From the NCBI GenBank assembly GCA_039091855.1, contig JAWCLA010000008.1, positions 320 through 27,844 of the forward strand: a stretch of DNA of 27,525 bases. The letters are read 5' to 3'. The translations under genes were made by a program, and so were the position numbers. Below are positions 25,613-27,525 of the stretch, piece by piece; the first letter of the stretch is position 1, and each line of letters opens with the position of its first letter. The notes beneath the pieces were generated by a model. The model had not been told where the DNA came from. It was given only the letters and a program-made list of their open reading frames with translations, and did no database searches. The DNA is from Candidatus Aenigmatarchaeota archaeon (lineage in GTDB: Archaea; Aenigmatarchaeota; Aenigmatarchaeia; QMZP01).

Positions 25613-26785
25613 CTAATAGCCTAAAAAATGCCTCATACCCAAAACATCCGTAAAAAAAATCCTGCAGCCGTTCACTTTTGTCTCGCCTTTTGCGCCTTTA
25701 TATGAAACGACAATCGCGGTTTTCGGTTTGTACATAGCTATAAAGGAGCGCATACTCCTCTCTATCTCCCCTGTTTTCGCATTCAGCTTCACCTCAATAG
25801 GGATGATCTCATTTCCCCTTTCAACAACAAAATCAACCTCGGTTTTTGATTTGGTTCTCCAGTGCTTTGGCATAAGACCAAGCTTGATGAGTTCTGAAAG
25901 CACATAGTTTTCAAACAGCTTCCCTTCCGGCTCGGAGTCGAAGGCTTTGGCAACAAAGTTCCTCAAACCTGTGTCCACGAAATATATTTTCGGTTGCTTC
26001 GTGATTTCCTTTCTCTTATTGGTGTGGAAAGGCAATACCCTGAGTATTAAATAGCTTTTCTCCATTGCGTCAAGATATTTCCTGGCAGTCTGGAAAGGCA
26101 TCTTCAGCTCCTTTGAGACGCTCTCGTAGGAGAACAAGCTTCCTATGCTAAGCGAGATGTATTTTGCGAATTCCTCAAGCGCTTTTATATCTTCTATGGA
26201 GAATGTCCTTGCCACGTCCTTGAGTATCATAGTGTCATACAGGTCCTTGAGTATTGTTCTCTTCATTTCCGGATCCTCGGTTGTGACAACCTTTGGATAG
26301 CCTCCATAAACCATATGTTCCCAAATACTCCTTACAAGGATGCCCGCTGTTACCTCTTTCTGTCCCCTCGCTTTTAGGAATTCGGTCAGCGAGAAGGGAT
26401 ATAGTTTTATGATGGAAACTCTCCCCACCAGATAGGAGAGTATCTCTTTTCCCAGGACAATTTCGGAAGAAGAAGTCAGCCATACCCTCCTTCCCATGTC
26501 AGAAAGGTATTTGAGCTTCCTTCCCGCATCATTGCAGTACTGCACCTCATCAAGCACAGTTAGATGGTATCCCTCCATATACTGCTTCTCAAACCTTTTT
26601 ACGTCATCCTCGAAAATCGCTCTCGCGTCGGGGTCATCAAAAAGGACGTAAGAGGACTTCTGGCCTTTCATCTGCTCCTTCAGAAATGTGGTTTTTCCCG
26701 CTTGCCTGGGACCCACAACAGCCACAATATTGTAGATATTGGACACCTTTACGAAAGCTTCCCTGATTTCCCTCTCCACGTACAT
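25613..26785 (-). CDS. AAA+ ATPase with C-terminal DUF4143/PD-(D/E)xK-like region (COG1373-type)
   Basis: GPRQAGKTT, LDEVQ, GGYP, PKIYFVDTG, EVDFV...IPIEVK. Confidence 0.9.
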   Translation of the reverse strand: MYVEREIREAFVKVSNIYNIVAVVGPRQAGKTTFLKEQMKGQKSSYVLFDDPDARAIFEDDVKRFEKQYMEGYHLTVLDEVQYCNDAGRKLKYLSDMGRRVWLTSSSEIVLGKEILSYLVGRVSIIKLYPFSLTEFLKARGQKEVTAGILVRSIWEHMVYGGYPKVVTTEDPEMKRTILKDLYDTMILKDVARTFSIEDIKALEEFAKYISLSIGSLFSYESVSKELKMPFQTARKYLDAMEKSYLILRVLPFHTNKRKEITKQPKIYFVDTGLRNFVAKAFDSEPEGKLFENYVLSELIKLGLMPKHWRTKSKTEVDFVVERGNEIIPIEVKLNAKTGEIERSMRSFIAMYKPKTAIVVSYKGAKGETKVNGCRIFFTDVLGMRHFLGY

Positions 26786-26962
26786 ATCTATTACCTATCT
26801 AATCTATTGGTCTTTTATGTATATAAATCTTACTAAAATTTAACTATTGTTAAGGATTTACCATACTAAAATTAAATCATCATTAAGAATTTATCCATCT
26901 GCCTCAATCACACAAAACCAACCGCAATTCCAATTTAAGCCATCGCGACCATAATATTTTAC

Positions 26963-27525
26963 ATGGTAATCTTCTCCAGAACCTCAGACATACGATCTTA
27001 CCCAATTAAAAAAAGCAGTCATTCCAGAAAGGGGATCGGCTTCGAGGTAGAGGAGATGATGAAGCTTTTTCTGGTGATTATAATAGGGTTGGGGATTGTT
27101 GTTCTCATAATTGCCACGAGCGGGGGGATTAAGAATCTCATAGACGAATTTTGTGCGAAGAATCCGGGGATATGTGGACAGACGCAAACGCAGAAGGATT
27201 ATAATACAGCGAGGGCTTCTTTTAATGCGCTTGTGCTTGCACATAATTGTGTGCTGGATCCTTCCACATGTCCATGCATTAAACCAAATATAGAAGCATC
27301 ATGTATCATAAATCCTAATGATATTAAAGAAAGTTCAGGAAACCTCTTTGGCAGTTCGGGTACTGGCACTTCAAAGATTATAGGTGGGGGGATTTCAGGT
27401 TTTCAGATAAAACCTAGTGCTACAGCTTCCAATGAGGTAAAAGTAGAATGCGATAAATCATCCTATATTCAAACCGAAACAAAAACAGAAATTATTTCGT
27501 CTTGTAATGACTGCAAATGCAACCA
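26963..27525 (+). CDS. Class III signal peptide (type IV pilin-like) Cys-rich surface protein, partial
   Basis: Manual translation MVIFSRTSD...SRKG|IGFEVEEMMKLFLVIIIGLGIVVLIIA; frame stays open to the window end. Confidence 0.8.
   Translation, partial: MVIFSRTSDIRSYPIKKSSHSRKGIGFEVEEMMKLFLVIIIGLGIVVLIIATSGGIKNLIDEFCAKNPGICGQTQTQKDYNTARASFNALVLAHNCVLDPSTCPCIKPNIEASCIINPNDIKESSGNLFGSSGTGTSKIIGGGISGFQIKPSATASNEVKVECDKSSYIQTETKTEIISSCNDCKCN

Noticed and set aside
26984-27244. Minus-strand 86-aa ORF
   Set aside because: Antisense to the pilin-like plus-strand frame starting at 26963

Overview
Archaeal chromosomal segment. A DPANN-like lineage is inferred from compact genes, archaeal Pop5/Alba/fibrillarin/EF-1alpha, an ITGxVV membrane-anchor motif and a tRNA intron at a non-canonical position; this is not a database result. 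Housekeeping genes: gatA (partial), Pop5, Alba, ftsY, thiI, A24 prepilin peptidase, fibrillarin, EF-1alpha, thrS, rhomboid, GIDE+LemA, argF, GGGP synthase, egsA, SOD, cmk, an AAA+/DUF4143-type ATPase, a pilin-like gene and a two-intron tRNA-Gln. An AT-rich island (~6.5-9.95 kb) holds decayed IS200/IS605 and IS6 elements, and a mini-IS6 lies at 13730-14209. The most unusual signal is two families of tiny hairpin insertions. Family 1 is GGRRR-GACGGCTT-loop-AAGCCGTC-ARTCT (5 copies). Family 2 is hairpin-AGA-GAYGTC-TCT-hairpin. They sit in the 5' ends of three different transposase genes, and removing the two inserts from tnpA #2 restores an uninterrupted 145-aa HUH transposase. Whether they are DNA-level mini-elements that knock out transposases or removable RNA introns cannot be decided from sequence alone.
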